NCBI GenBank assembly: GCA_017415805.1
Contig: JAFQEC010000019.1
Coordinates: forward strand, 4,814-68,813
Source of the DNA: Clostridia bacterium
Lineage (GTDB): Bacteria; Bacillota; Clostridia; Oscillospirales; CAG-272
Length of the DNA stretch: 64,000 bases
Direction of reading: 5' to 3'
Below the pieces are notes generated by a model. It had not been told where the DNA came from. It ran no database searches and was given only the letters and a program-made list of their open reading frames with translations. Made by a program: the position numbers and the translations under genes. The first letter of the stretch is position 1; every line of letters begins with the position of its first letter. Positions 26,516-35,106 of the stretch are shown in pieces.

Positions 26516-27799
26516 TTACATGCGTTCCCAACAATAACTATTATAGGTGGACTTTAAATATGTTGCCGCGGTAGAGGTGTCGGCAAGCGACGAATAAAAA
26601 ATATACCCACGGTAGTAGAAAGAACTATCGCTGCAAAACCCATAAGCCCAGTCTGTTTCCGCAAATGTTGCTGACATGAGGTTGTTGCACTTTTCGAACG
26701 CATACGTGCCGATGAAGATTACACTTTCGGGAATTGTAATCTCAGTTAGCCCCGTGCAGCCGGAGAACGCAGTAGAGCCGATGCTCGTGACACTTGACGG
26801 AATCGTGATGCTCGCCAGACCGGTGCAGCTATTGAACGCCCTATCGATGCTCGTGACACTTGACGGAATCGTGATACTCGTCAGACCGGTGCAGCCACCG
26901 AACGCCCCATCGATGCTCGTGACACTTGAAGGGATCGTGATGCTCGTCAGACCCGTGCAGCCTTTGAACACCCCATCGATGCTCGTGACACTTGACGGGA
27001 TCGTGATGCTCGTCAGGCTCGTGCAGTCCAAGAACGCACAATAGCCGATGCTGGTGACGCTCGACGGGATTGTGACACTCGTGAATGCTTTGCATCCTGC
27101 GAATGCGTAAGCAGGGATGCTTGTGACGCCATTTGGAATTTCGAGGTTGGAAACTTCCTCGCCGTTTATGTACAGTTTTTCGGCAAAGATCAACGGATTT
27201 GCTTCTCTACCTGCAGAAGAAAAACCGACTTCATCTGAAAAATCAATTTGAAGATACGTAGCAAGATCGGAAATATGTACATCATTCAGCCCCGTACAGT
27301 ATGCAAAGGCGCCTTGTCCGATCTTTTTCAACGAGCTGTTGTCCAAGAAAGTTATGGTTGTAAGCCCCGAGCAGCTTGAAAACGCATTTTTGCCGATGTC
27401 GGTCACGCCCGACGGAATCGTGATGCTCACGAGACTGGTGCATTCATAAAAAGAGGATTCATCAATTGTCTGTAATTGGCTGTCCTCTGCAAACGTAACC
27501 CTGTAAAGACTTGTGCATTGTGCAAATGCATTTTTTCCAATATGGGTAATGCTTGATGGAAGTGAGATATTCTGGATCGCGGTGTTTTTCTCAAATGCAT
27601 AGTCATTGATATGTGTGACCGGTTTCCCCTTGTACGTTTCTGCTATTTTCACATTCGCGGATTTCGCCGTACCGATGCCGGATACGGCGGCATAATCTTC
27701 GTACTCTGTGTAAGAGATTCCGGCAGTTCCTTTTTTGCATCCGCAGAGAAGCGCGAGACACGCGAGCAGCAAAAGTGAGATGGCAAATAGTTTTTTCAT
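26516..27799 (-). CDS. BspA-type leucine-rich-repeat surface lipoprotein
   Basis: Signal peptide plus lipobox LLCGCKKG; repeated 22-aa LRR_5-like units (SITIPSSVTSI..AF..CTGLT). Confidence 0.85.
   Translation of the reverse strand: MKKLFAISLLLLACLALLCGCKKGTAGISYTEYEDYAAVSGIGTAKSANVKIAETYKGKPVTHINDYAFEKNTAIQNISLPSSITHIGKNAFAQCTSLYRVTFAEDSQLQTIDESSFYECTSLVSITIPSGVTDIGKNAFSSCSGLTTITFLDNSSLKKIGQGAFAYCTGLNDVHISDLATYLQIDFSDEVGFSSAGREANPLIFAEKLYINGEEVSNLEIPNGVTSIPAYAFAGCKAFTSVTIPSSVTSIGYCAFLDCTSLTSITIPSSVTSIDGVFKGCTGLTSITIPSSVTSIDGAFGGCTGLTSITIPSSVTSIDRAFNSCTGLASITIPSSVTSIGSTAFSGCTGLTEITIPESVIFIGTYAFEKCNNLMSATFAETDWAYGFCSDSSFYYRGYIFYSSLADTSTAATYLKSTYNSYCWERM
26780..27043 (-). repeat. four near-identical in-frame 66-bp tandem repeats inside the LRR gene
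   Basis: Units begin at 26780, 26846, 26912 and 26978 (GATGCTCGTGACACTTGA...); degenerate copies flank them. Confidence 0.9.
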
Positions 27800-27872
27800 G
27801 TTTTTTCTCCCTAAAACAAAAAAGTGTATAATCGAAGTTGCGCAACGAAAGAACACAGACTTGATTACCACT

Positions 27873-27901
27873 ATTATACGCCCATAGATTAAATTTGTCA
27901 A
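27873..27901 (-). promoter_or_regulatory. consensus sigma-A promoter for the LRR gene
   Basis: Minus strand TTGACA (27901-27896), 17 nt, TATAAT (27878-27873). Confidence 0.6.
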
Positions 27902-27971
27902 CCCATGGAGTATTATAAATTTCGCCCATAAGATATATAATTAGTTTAATAGATGCTTTTTGGAGGGTGCT

Positions 27972-28289
27972 ATGGGTGATGAAAAATTACTGAAGGAGAT
28001 CGGCCAAAGGATCAACGCCCGACGCAAGGAGCTGGGCTTGACGCAAGAGGAGCTTGCCGAGCGTATGGAGGTTTCCATCCAAATGATCTCCAACGTTGAG
28101 CTTGGCAAAAAGGCCATTCGTCCCGAAAACCTGGTAAAGCTCTGCAATGCGCTGGACGTCAGCGCCGATTATATTCTGCGCGGAAATCGCGCCGATTGGG
28201 AGGCAATCGGTTTTATGGATAAATACGCGCGTCTGTCAATTGAAAACCAACATTTGCTTGAAAAATTAGCCGAAAATCTTATGAAATAA
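27972..28289 (+). CDS. XRE-family helix-turn-helix transcriptional regulator
   Basis: HTH_3 motif LGLTQEELAERMEVSIQMISNVELGKK; GGAGGG SD before ATG 27972. Confidence 0.85.
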   Translation: MGDEKLLKEIGQRINARRKELGLTQEELAERMEVSIQMISNVELGKKAIRPENLVKLCNALDVSADYILRGNRADWEAIGFMDKYARLSIENQHLLEKLAENLMK

Positions 28290-28324
28290 AAAAGCACTCG
28301 CCGTGGCGAGTGCTTTCCTTTTTT
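28290..28324. terminator. bidirectional terminator between the XRE gene and spo0A
   Basis: 12-bp stem AAAGCACTCGCC / GGCGAGTGCTTT, 2-nt loop, T-run. Confidence 0.8.
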
Positions 28325-28326
28325 AT

Positions 28327-29106
28327 TCAATACAGCTTATATTTCAGCCGCAAATTATCCGCGATCATGGCGATAAACTCCGAATTTGTGGGCTTGCCTC
28401 TATTATTTTGAATGGTATATCCAAAGTAACTATTGAGGGTATCCACGTCACCTCTATCCCACGCGACCTCGATGGCGTGGCGGATGGCGCGCTCCACGCG
28501 GCTGGTGGTGGTCTGGTATTTCTTTGCCACGCTGGGGTAGAGGACCTTGGTCACGGAGTTGATGATGTCGCTATCCTGAATGGTGAGCAGGATCGCGGTG
28601 CGCAGATACTGGTAGCCCTTGATGTGCGCGGGCACACCGATCTGGTGGATGATCTTGGTGACCTGTGTCTCGATGTCGGGCGCGGCACTTTCGGGTGTGG
28701 CCGTGCTGCGCGGCTGTTCACCGCGCCCCTCCAGCAAGCGGCGCAGATGCTCGCACAGGCTGTTTGGGTCAAATGGCTTCATCAAAAACGAGTCGGCACC
28801 TGCAGCGATCGCCTCGCCGATCAGGGTCTGATTGGCCACGGGCGAGAGCATCAAAAACAGGGGTGCGCGCTCGGGGCTGTAATCGTGCGCGCGGCAGTTG
28901 CGCACCACGCCGATGCCGTCCAGTCGTGTGAGCATCAGGTCAACGAGTGCCGCGTCGTAGTGGTTGCGCAGAAGCTTTTGCAGTGCTTCCTCGCCGTTGG
29001 TGGCCTCGTCCACCAGGCGGTAGCCTGCGCGGTTCAGCGCCTCACGCAGCTTTTGGCGTTCGTGTACGTTCTCGTCTGCAATCAAAATTTTGGTGTTCAG
29101 TTCCAT
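28327..29106 (-). CDS. spo0A: sporulation master response regulator Spo0A
   Basis: Receiver domain ([16 protein letters not shown]) plus diagnostic Spo0A_C ([45 protein letters not shown]). Confidence 0.95.
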   Translation of the reverse strand: MELNTKILIADENVHERQKLREALNRAGYRLVDEATNGEEALQKLLRNHYDAALVDLMLTRLDGIGVVRNCRAHDYSPERAPLFLMLSPVANQTLIGEAIAAGADSFLMKPFDPNSLCEHLRRLLEGRGEQPRSTATPESAAPDIETQVTKIIHQIGVPAHIKGYQYLRTAILLTIQDSDIINSVTKVLYPSVAKKYQTTTSRVERAIRHAIEVAWDRGDVDTLNSYFGYTIQNNRGKPTNSEFIAMIADNLRLKYKLY

Positions 29107-29146
29107 GATGTATCCTCCGATCAATATTGAAGTTTTCTACACCTCC

Positions 29147-29175
29147 ATATTACCATATTTTTCCAAATAATACAA
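29147..29175 (-). promoter_or_regulatory. candidate spo0A promoter
   Basis: Minus strand TTGTAT (29175-29170), 17 nt ending TGG, TAATAT (29152-29147); 0A-box-like TGTCGCA at 29201-29195 upstream. Confidence 0.4.
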
Positions 29176-29198
29176 GTATTTCCTACATAAAAAATGCG

Positions 29199-29242
29199 AC
29201 AAAAAAGCGGCAACCAATTTGGTAAGATTTACCAGTTGCCGC
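29199..29242 (-). terminator. terminator separating the rluB operon from spo0A
   Basis: Long hairpin GCGGCAAC...GTTGCCGC with inner TTGGTA/TACCAG pairing, followed on the minus strand by TTTTTT. Confidence 0.7.
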
Positions 29243-29277
29243 GAAAATTTGATTTTATTCGCTAAAAAATACGGTTT

Positions 29278-29670
29278 TCAGCAGGGGGCGTGCGAGCAGG
29301 GGTGCTTGAAAAAGCCCTCGAGGCGGATGGTATAGCGGCCATTCGTGTCGGGCTCGAAGCCAATCCGTCGCAAAAGGGCGTCCGAGACACCCTCTCCGTC
29401 GAAAAATGCCACCTTGATGCCGCACAGATCCATAAAATTGAGCGTGGCACGCCCCGTGACGAACAGTGCCTCGGTGCGATCCTCGCCCATGGGGGCGGCC
29501 AGGTGATAGAGGTGCCCGCCGTAGCGGTCGTTCTTGAACTGGCACAGCCCTGCGAACACGCCGTTATCCTCGGCGCGGTAGGCCAGCAGCTCCTGCTCGA
29601 ACGGCACACCGCACAGCGCACACAATCGCGCCTGCTCGGCCTTCTCCTGAATGGGGGTAACGGTGATCAT
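29278..29670 (-). CDS. hypothetical 130-aa protein
   Basis: ATG 29670 overlaps the rluB stop (ATGA); codon usage like its neighbours; no motif recognised. Confidence 0.55.
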   Translation of the reverse strand: MITVTPIQEKAEQARLCALCGVPFEQELLAYRAEDNGVFAGLCQFKNDRYGGHLYHLAAPMGEDRTEALFVTGRATLNFMDLCGIKVAFFDGEGVSDALLRRIGFEPDTNGRYTIRLEGFFKHPCSHAPC

Positions 29671-30392
29671 AGGGTCTCTCCCTTCAAATAGGAAATTTCG
29701 TCCTCGGTGAGTGCGCGGTACTGCCCCACGGGCAAGTCGCCCAGTGCAATGCGCCCGATCGCCGTGCGCGTGAGGCGCAGGATACGCAGGCCCGTTTGCT
29801 CGCACATGCGGCGGATCTGGCGGTTGCGCCCCTCGTAAAGCTCAAACGAGAGCAGGGAATCGTTCCCCTCCTTGCCCATATGCGCGACCTTGGCGGCGCG
29901 CGTTTGGTAGCCGTCCAGCACGAAGGGGGCGTTCAGGGCGGCGAGCTGCCCGTCCGATACGGCACCCTTCACCGTGACGGTGTAATACTTCGGGATCTCG
30001 TGGCGCGGATGCGTCAAGCGCTCGGTGAGCGCGCCGTCGTCGGTGAGGAGCAGCAGCCCGTCCGAATCCATATCCAGCCGCCCCACGGGGTAAACGCGGT
30101 GACCAAGAGAAGCCACAAGGTCGCGCACGGTGCGGCGTGCCTTCTCGTCCGAGAGGGTGGTGACGAAGCCGCGCGGCTTATTCAATAGGATGTAATGCCG
30201 TTCGGGCGCGGCGCGCCACACAAGGGGCGCGCCGCGATACTCGACCGCATCCCGTTCAGGGTCGATCTTCTGCCCGATCGTGGCAATTGCACCGTTCACG
30301 CGCACCTCGCCCGCACGGATCGCCGCCTCGGCGGCGCGGCGCGAGAGGATGCCGCAATCGGTGAAAAATTTTTGCAGTCGGATGGGTTCCAT
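29667..30392 (-). CDS. rluB: RsuA/RluB-family pseudouridine synthase
   Basis: S4 domain (RLQKFFTDCGILSRRAAE), catalytic GRLDMDSDGLLLLTDDG, NRQIRRM. Confidence 0.85.
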   Translation of the reverse strand: MEPIRLQKFFTDCGILSRRAAEAAIRAGEVRVNGAIATIGQKIDPERDAVEYRGAPLVWRAAPERHYILLNKPRGFVTTLSDEKARRTVRDLVASLGHRVYPVGRLDMDSDGLLLLTDDGALTERLTHPRHEIPKYYTVTVKGAVSDGQLAALNAPFVLDGYQTRAAKVAHMGKEGNDSLLSFELYEGRNRQIRRMCEQTGLRILRLTRTAIGRIALGDLPVGQYRALTEDEISYLKGETL

Positions 30393-30408
30393 AGCGTACC
30401 TTTCAGGT

Positions 30409-31590
30409 CTATCGCGCAAAAAAGCGCTTGATGCGCTCCCAGAGTGAGGGAGCAGGGGGCGTGGGGGCATCGGTCTCGGTCAAGAGTGGGATCTCACACA
30501 GCACCTCGTCACCGAGGTAATAGATCGCGCGCCCCACCACCGTGCCCTTGGCAACGCCCGCGAACAAAAAGCGCGGTGCTTCTACAGTGCACTTTACCGC
30601 GCCGTGTGCCGCAGGGAGCGTGAGCGTGGGGGTGCTGGCAGGCGCGAGGGTGACCTCGCCCACCGTTCCGCCTACCACGGGCAGAGAAATGGTGTCGGGC
30701 GCGGCCGTAAAGGACACATATTGTGAAAATCCCCAGTCAAGGAGCGCCGCGTGGTCGCGCCAGTCGTTGGGGTCGTGCAGTGTGACGGCCACCAGTCGCA
30801 GTCCGTTGCGCTCGGCCGCGCTCACAAGGCATCTGCCGCTGGACTTGGTAAAGCCTGTTTTTACGCCGATCGCGCCCTCGTAGGTGCGCAAGAGGCGATT
30901 GTGGTTGAGAAACAACCGCGCCGCGTCGGTGTCGTTCTGGGGCGCGGAATAGCGCCGTGTGGACACGATCTCGGCAAAGGTGGGGTTGGCAAGCGCCGCG
31001 GCGGCCAGATGCGCCAGATCGCGCGCGGTGGTGTAGTGCGCGGCGTCCTGTAGGCCGTGCGGATTGCAAAAGTGCGTGTTGGTGAGCCCCAGCGCGGCCG
31101 CCTTTTGGTTCATGCGGTCGGCAAAGGCGGAAATACTGCCCGATGTGTGTAGCGCAAGTGCCGCCGCCGCGTCGTTGGCGGACGAGAGCATCAGCGCATA
31201 GAGCAGCGTGCGCACCGTGATCTGCTCGCCTCGGAACAAATAGATCGACGAGCCCTCGACCCCGACCGCCTCGGGCGGCACGGTAACGGTGGCATCCAGA
31301 TCCGCACATTCCAGCACGACCAGTGCCGTCATGATCTTGGTGGTGCTGGCCATCGGGCGGCGCTCATCCGCATTGTGGGCGGCGAGCAATGTGCCGCTAC
31401 TCGCGTCCAACAGCACCATCGAGGCCGCCGAGGTCGCGGGTATGGCGATCTGCGGCACTTCGGCCTCGGGCAGGACGGTGTGCGATACACGCACCACCGC
31501 ATTTGCCACGGCGTGTGCACCGATCGCAAGCGCGAGCGCGAGCAAAAGTACCGCGAGCACGAACAAACGGGCACGGCGAGCGTGCGACAT
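30409..31590 (-). CDS. dacB: D-alanyl-D-alanine carboxypeptidase (S11 family, DacB-like by synteny)
   Basis: SxxK ASTTK, SxN SSAND, KTG KTGFT; signal peptide; scpAB...dacB...rluB order as in Bacillus. Confidence 0.8.
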   Translation of the reverse strand: MSHARRARLFVLAVLLLALALAIGAHAVANAVVRVSHTVLPEAEVPQIAIPATSAASMVLLDASSGTLLAAHNADERRPMASTTKIMTALVVLECADLDATVTVPPEAVGVEGSSIYLFRGEQITVRTLLYALMLSSANDAAAALALHTSGSISAFADRMNQKAAALGLTNTHFCNPHGLQDAAHYTTARDLAHLAAAALANPTFAEIVSTRRYSAPQNDTDAARLFLNHNRLLRTYEGAIGVKTGFTKSSGRCLVSAAERNGLRLVAVTLHDPNDWRDHAALLDWGFSQYVSFTAAPDTISLPVVGGTVGEVTLAPASTPTLTLPAAHGAVKCTVEAPRFLFAGVAKGTVVGRAIYYLGDEVLCEIPLLTETDAPTPPAPSLWERIKRFFAR

Positions 31591-31600
31591 AAAAGACCAC

Positions 31601-31636
31601 CTCCCATCAAGGAACTATATGGTCCTTTGATGGGAG
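31601..31636 (-). promoter_or_regulatory. hairpin whose 3' arm contains the dacB Shine-Dalgarno sequence
   Basis: Minus-strand RNA CTCCCATCAAAGGA-loop-TCCTTGATGGGAG, then GTGGTCTTTT ATG; the GGGAGG SD is partly inside the stem. Confidence 0.45.
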
Positions 31637-31667
31637 ATATGCCGCAAAACGGGTGTCGTTGTGCGCG

Positions 31668-32171
31668 TCAGTCGTCCATCCTTGCCGTGGCAATGTCCTC
31701 CACGGCCTCCAGCGCCGCCTCGGTGACGGTGGCGATCGCCTCCTCGGGCGTCATGTCCTCGTCCGCCTCGGCATCCGAGCGTTTGGATTTTCTTTTGAAG
31801 ATGGCCTTGATGCGCTCGATCAGGTCGGGCGCGCGCTCCAGGAGATTCGCCGCCTTGTCAAAGGCATCCGGTGTGCCCATGGTGCCAAGGGGGATCATCT
31901 CCACCGAGCCGTCGGCATGCACGGCAAGGAAGCAGACGGGCTGGACCGACAGGCCCGTGCCGCCGCCGCCCGCAAATTTCTTCTTGTCCTCGGGCTGATT
32001 TGCGTCAAAGCCGCCCGATGCGTAGCCCACCGCCACCTTCGAGATCGGGATGACGGTCGTGCCCGCGGGCGTGGTGATGGGCGTGCCCACCACGGTGTTG
32101 GCATCCACCATGGCGCGGATGCTCTCGAGCGAGGTGCGGATCATGTCCTGCAGTTTGGTTTCTTCAGCCAT
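31668..32171 (-). CDS. ytfJ: sporulation protein YtfJ (GerW family)
   Basis: VVGTPITTPAGTTVIPISKVAVGYASGG...GGGGTGLSVQPVCFL family pattern, with extended acidic C-terminus. Confidence 0.85.
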   Translation of the reverse strand: MAEETKLQDMIRTSLESIRAMVDANTVVGTPITTPAGTTVIPISKVAVGYASGGFDANQPEDKKKFAGGGGTGLSVQPVCFLAVHADGSVEMIPLGTMGTPDAFDKAANLLERAPDLIERIKAIFKRKSKRSDAEADEDMTPEEAIATVTEAALEAVEDIATARMDD

Positions 32172-32174
32172 AAT

Positions 32175-32900
32175 TTAGTCCTTTCCGACAGGGGCTGCCT
32201 GTCCGTTCGATACGTTGTTGTGTGCCGCGGCCTGCCGCGCGCGCTTTTGCCGCCGCCTCTCCTTGAGAAAGGAAAGGACGAGCGAGAGCCCCGTTGCAAG
32301 TGCGCCCCAAAGGCGCATCGAGAACACGAGCTTGACGTCGGCGGTGGTTCGCTCTCCCACGAAATCCGCCGTGACCGATACTTCATTCTTGCCCGATCGC
32401 ACGCGCGCTACGCGCTCCGTGAGGGCCAGCAGATAGGAAACGCTTTGTGAAACCACGCCGTAGAGCACTGCCGTTTTGGCGGCATCCTCTGCCGCAACAC
32501 GGATGCGCAGGCGCGCGGTGTGGAGCGTGAGGTGCTTGTCCGTGCGGCGGATCAGTGTCGCAACCAGCACGCGCACAAGGCGCAGATTCTCGCGCAGCGT
32601 GGGCTTGAAGGGGGATTTACCCACGGCGTGTCCATCCCGCCGCTGGGCTTTTTTTGCAGACCTTTTCGCGGCCTTTTTTGCGGCTTTTCGTTCTGCCCGC
32701 CGCTTTTTGCGTGCGGCGCGCGCCACGGCATGCTTGGGGCAGCGTACGCGGCGCTTGCGCGGGTAAAGACGCAACGAAAGGAACAGCACGCGCGCCGTGA
32801 GCGTCACGCCCTCGCGCACCGTGACAACGATGCGCACGCGCAACAAAAGTAAAAGCGCGAGCGCGAGCAGTACGGCCAGAACGACCAATAGCGGTATCAC
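32175..32900 (-). CDS. DUF2953-like membrane-anchored protein (YtfI-like)
   Basis: N-terminal TM helix, basic K/R/A-rich linker, position upstream of ytfJ; GTG 32900 is 6 nt after GGAGG. The longer ORF-track start would overlap scpB. Confidence 0.55.
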   Translation of the reverse strand: MIPLLVVLAVLLALALLLLLRVRIVVTVREGVTLTARVLFLSLRLYPRKRRVRCPKHAVARAARKKRRAERKAAKKAAKRSAKKAQRRDGHAVGKSPFKPTLRENLRLVRVLVATLIRRTDKHLTLHTARLRIRVAAEDAAKTAVLYGVVSQSVSYLLALTERVARVRSGKNEVSVTADFVGERTTADVKLVFSMRLWGALATGLSLVLSFLKERRRQKRARQAAAHNNVSNGQAAPVGKD

Positions 32901-32934
32901 GGGTTGCCTCCTTTCGCAAAATGCTTGGTTTTTG

Positions 32935-33570
32935 TTATTCCTCGGCGGCGGTGTCGGCCTCGGCGTCCTCGCCCGCAGGGGCGATCTCGGCGACCGCGAT
33001 CGAGAGCTGCTCACCGGGGCGTCCCTCAGGGAGAACGACCTCGGTCTTGGGCAGGTCCTCGAGCGTGGAGAGCCCGAATACGCGCAGGAATTTATCGGTC
33101 GTGCCGTAGAGCACGGGACGGCCGGGCGCATCCAAGCGCCCCATCGAGCCGATGAGCTCCTTGTCGATCAGGGAATTGACGGCATAGTTGCTGTCCACGC
33201 CGCGCACCGCGTCGATAAAGGCGCGCGTAACGGGCTGATTGTAGGCCACGATCGCCAGCACCTCCATGGAGGAGTTCGAGAGGTTGCCGCCGCGGCGCAC
33301 GCCCAGTGCCTCGCGGATGTAAGCGCCGTACTGCTCCTTGGTGCAGAACTGGCAGGTGTCCTTGAACAGCAAAAGCATGATGCCGTGGTTGTCGCTCTCG
33401 TAGCGCTTTGCAATGCGCTCGGCAAGGCGCTTGACCTCACGCACACCAAGGCCCGTGACCTCGGCGAGCTTCTGATAGGGAACGGGATAGCCCGCGGCGA
33501 ATACCACCGCCTCGATACAGCTCTCTACGTTCTTTATGGGTTCCAGATTTTCTTCAAGTTCCATTGTCAT
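32935..33570 (-). CDS. scpB: segregation and condensation protein B
   Basis: ScpB pattern IEAVVFAAGYPV...LSNSSMEVLAIVAYNQPVTRAFIDAVRGV; ATGA overlap with scpA. Confidence 0.9.
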   Translation of the reverse strand: MTMELEENLEPIKNVESCIEAVVFAAGYPVPYQKLAEVTGLGVREVKRLAERIAKRYESDNHGIMLLLFKDTCQFCTKEQYGAYIREALGVRRGGNLSNSSMEVLAIVAYNQPVTRAFIDAVRGVDSNYAVNSLIDKELIGSMGRLDAPGRPVLYGTTDKFLRVFGLSTLEDLPKTEVVLPEGRPGEQLSIAVAEIAPAGEDAEADTAAEE

Positions 33571-34376
33571 TCTCCTTTCGCGCTCGCGGCAAGTGCCTCG
33601 GCGTCAAATTCCGCCGCGATCTCCTCGGCGCTCTCGTCGGGTGCATCGGGGTTGAGGAAGAAGCGTGTCTCCTCGCCGCGCACCGCGTTCGTGTCGTCCT
33701 CGGCGTAGTCCTCCATGAGGATCTTACGCACCTTGATCAGCTCCAGCACGCCCATAAACGAGGCGATCATGTCGGCAAGCGAGGGTGCATCCTCCAAAAG
33801 CTCGCGCAGCGTTGCCGTGCCGAATGAGCCGAGCGTATTGAGGATCAGCACGATCTTGCCCTCCACGGGCACGATGGGCTTGCTGATCATCGGGGTGAAA
33901 TTGGTCTTAATGCGCTCCATCGAGTCACGGTAGGAGTTGATGCGCCGCACCGCCGCCAGCAGGCTCTCCACATCCTGATCCATCACGAAGGTGCGGTCGG
34001 GCGAGATCTCGTCGGTGTCCTTGACGAAGCGGTTGCTGTAATAGGCGTAAAGGGGGTGCATCTTGGGTGCCGCCTCCTTGGCCTGCTGGTGGCGGATGAG
34101 GATATCGGAAAGGTCAAAGCGCGGGGGTTTTTCGCCTTCCTCCTCATGCGGCAGCAGCATGGCGCTTTTCCAGACCATGAGCTGACTTGCCATATTGAGA
34201 AAGTCGGTGGCGATATCCATATCCATCGCCTGTGCCTCGGCGAGAAACGCGAGGTACTGGTCGCAGATAATGGCGATGGGGATATCGAGAATATTCATTT
34301 TGTTCTTTTCGATCAGCGCCAGCAGAAGATCGAGGGGCCCCTCGAAATCCGTCAGCTTATAGGTCATGTTTTCCAT
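33567..34376 (-). CDS. scpA: segregation and condensation protein A
   Basis: ScpA pattern FEGPLDLLLALIEKNKMNILDIPIAIICDQY. Confidence 0.9.
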   Translation of the reverse strand: MENMTYKLTDFEGPLDLLLALIEKNKMNILDIPIAIICDQYLAFLAEAQAMDMDIATDFLNMASQLMVWKSAMLLPHEEEGEKPPRFDLSDILIRHQQAKEAAPKMHPLYAYYSNRFVKDTDEISPDRTFVMDQDVESLLAAVRRINSYRDSMERIKTNFTPMISKPIVPVEGKIVLILNTLGSFGTATLRELLEDAPSLADMIASFMGVLELIKVRKILMEDYAEDDTNAVRGEETRFFLNPDAPDESAEEIAAEFDAEALAASAKGE

Positions 34377-34394
34377 GAATACTCCTTCGTGGTG

Positions 34395-35090
34395 TCAGAT
34401 GAGGAAGCCGCGCATGCCAACCAGCGCGAACATGCCGCCCATAATGCCCCGTACCGCAAGCTGGATCAGCCACGAGAGCGGCCCCAGCAAGAGCAGGAGC
34501 ATCACGGCAAGGCTGATGTAGCGCTCATAGGGGGCGATCTTGATGAGAATGCGGGGCGGCAGGAGCACGTACAGGATGCGCGAGCCGTCTAAGGGGGGAA
34601 CGGGCAGGAGATTAAAAACTGCCAGCGTGAGATTCAGCGAGACACCGTAATAGAGAAACAGAATTGAGAAATACGCAAGATTAAAGGTGAGCTCGGTTGA
34701 GAAGGTGAGTCTTGCCAGCCAGCCGTAGCCCACAAAGCGCAACAGCAGCAGAAAGAGCACCGCGAGCAAAAGGTTTGCTACGGGTCCTGCAAGCGCGGAG
34801 AGTGCCATATCGCGGCGCGGCTTGCGGAAGTTGCGCGAGTTGATCGGTACGGGATTGGCCCAGCCGAAGCCCGCCAGCAGCATGCAAAGAAAGCCGATGG
34901 GGTCGAGGTGCCGCATGGGGTTGAGCGTGATGCGCCCAAAGTTGCGCGCGGTCGGATCGCCGAGCTTCAGCGCGGCATAGCCGTGCGCCGCCTCGTGTGC
35001 CGAGAGCGAAAGCAAAACGATGGGGAGCGCGAGCAGGATGCTGATGACGTAGCTCTGTATACTGCCGCCCCCGAGCATATAGCGAAACAT
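34395..35090 (-). CDS. M50 site-2-protease-family membrane metalloprotease
   Basis: HEAAH zinc motif in a TM segment, downstream LPVPPLDG motif. Confidence 0.8.
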   Translation of the reverse strand: MFRYMLGGGSIQSYVISILLALPIVLLSLSAHEAAHGYAALKLGDPTARNFGRITLNPMRHLDPIGFLCMLLAGFGWANPVPINSRNFRKPRRDMALSALAGPVANLLLAVLFLLLLRFVGYGWLARLTFSTELTFNLAYFSILFLYYGVSLNLTLAVFNLLPVPPLDGSRILYVLLPPRILIKIAPYERYISLAVMLLLLLGPLSWLIQLAVRGIMGGMFALVGMRGFLI

Positions 35091-35106
35091 TTAATTATCC
35101 AATCCT

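Noticed and set aside
26780-27043. Possible CRISPR array suggested by regular repeats
   Set aside because: The repeats are contiguous with no spacers, are 66 bp long, and are in frame within an LRR protein. They are coding tandem repeats, and no cas genes are present.
26056-28324. Prophage, IS or integrative element
   Set aside because: No integrase, transposase, recombinase, tRNA target or flanking direct or inverted repeats are visible. Only the compositional shift supports foreign origin, so I report it as an island and not as a mobile element.
32901-33131. Upstream extension of the DUF2953-like ORF (318-aa version)
   Set aside because: It overlaps scpB out of frame and has a Pro/Arg-rich composition. 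GTG 32900 with GGAGG gives a sensible TM-first protein.
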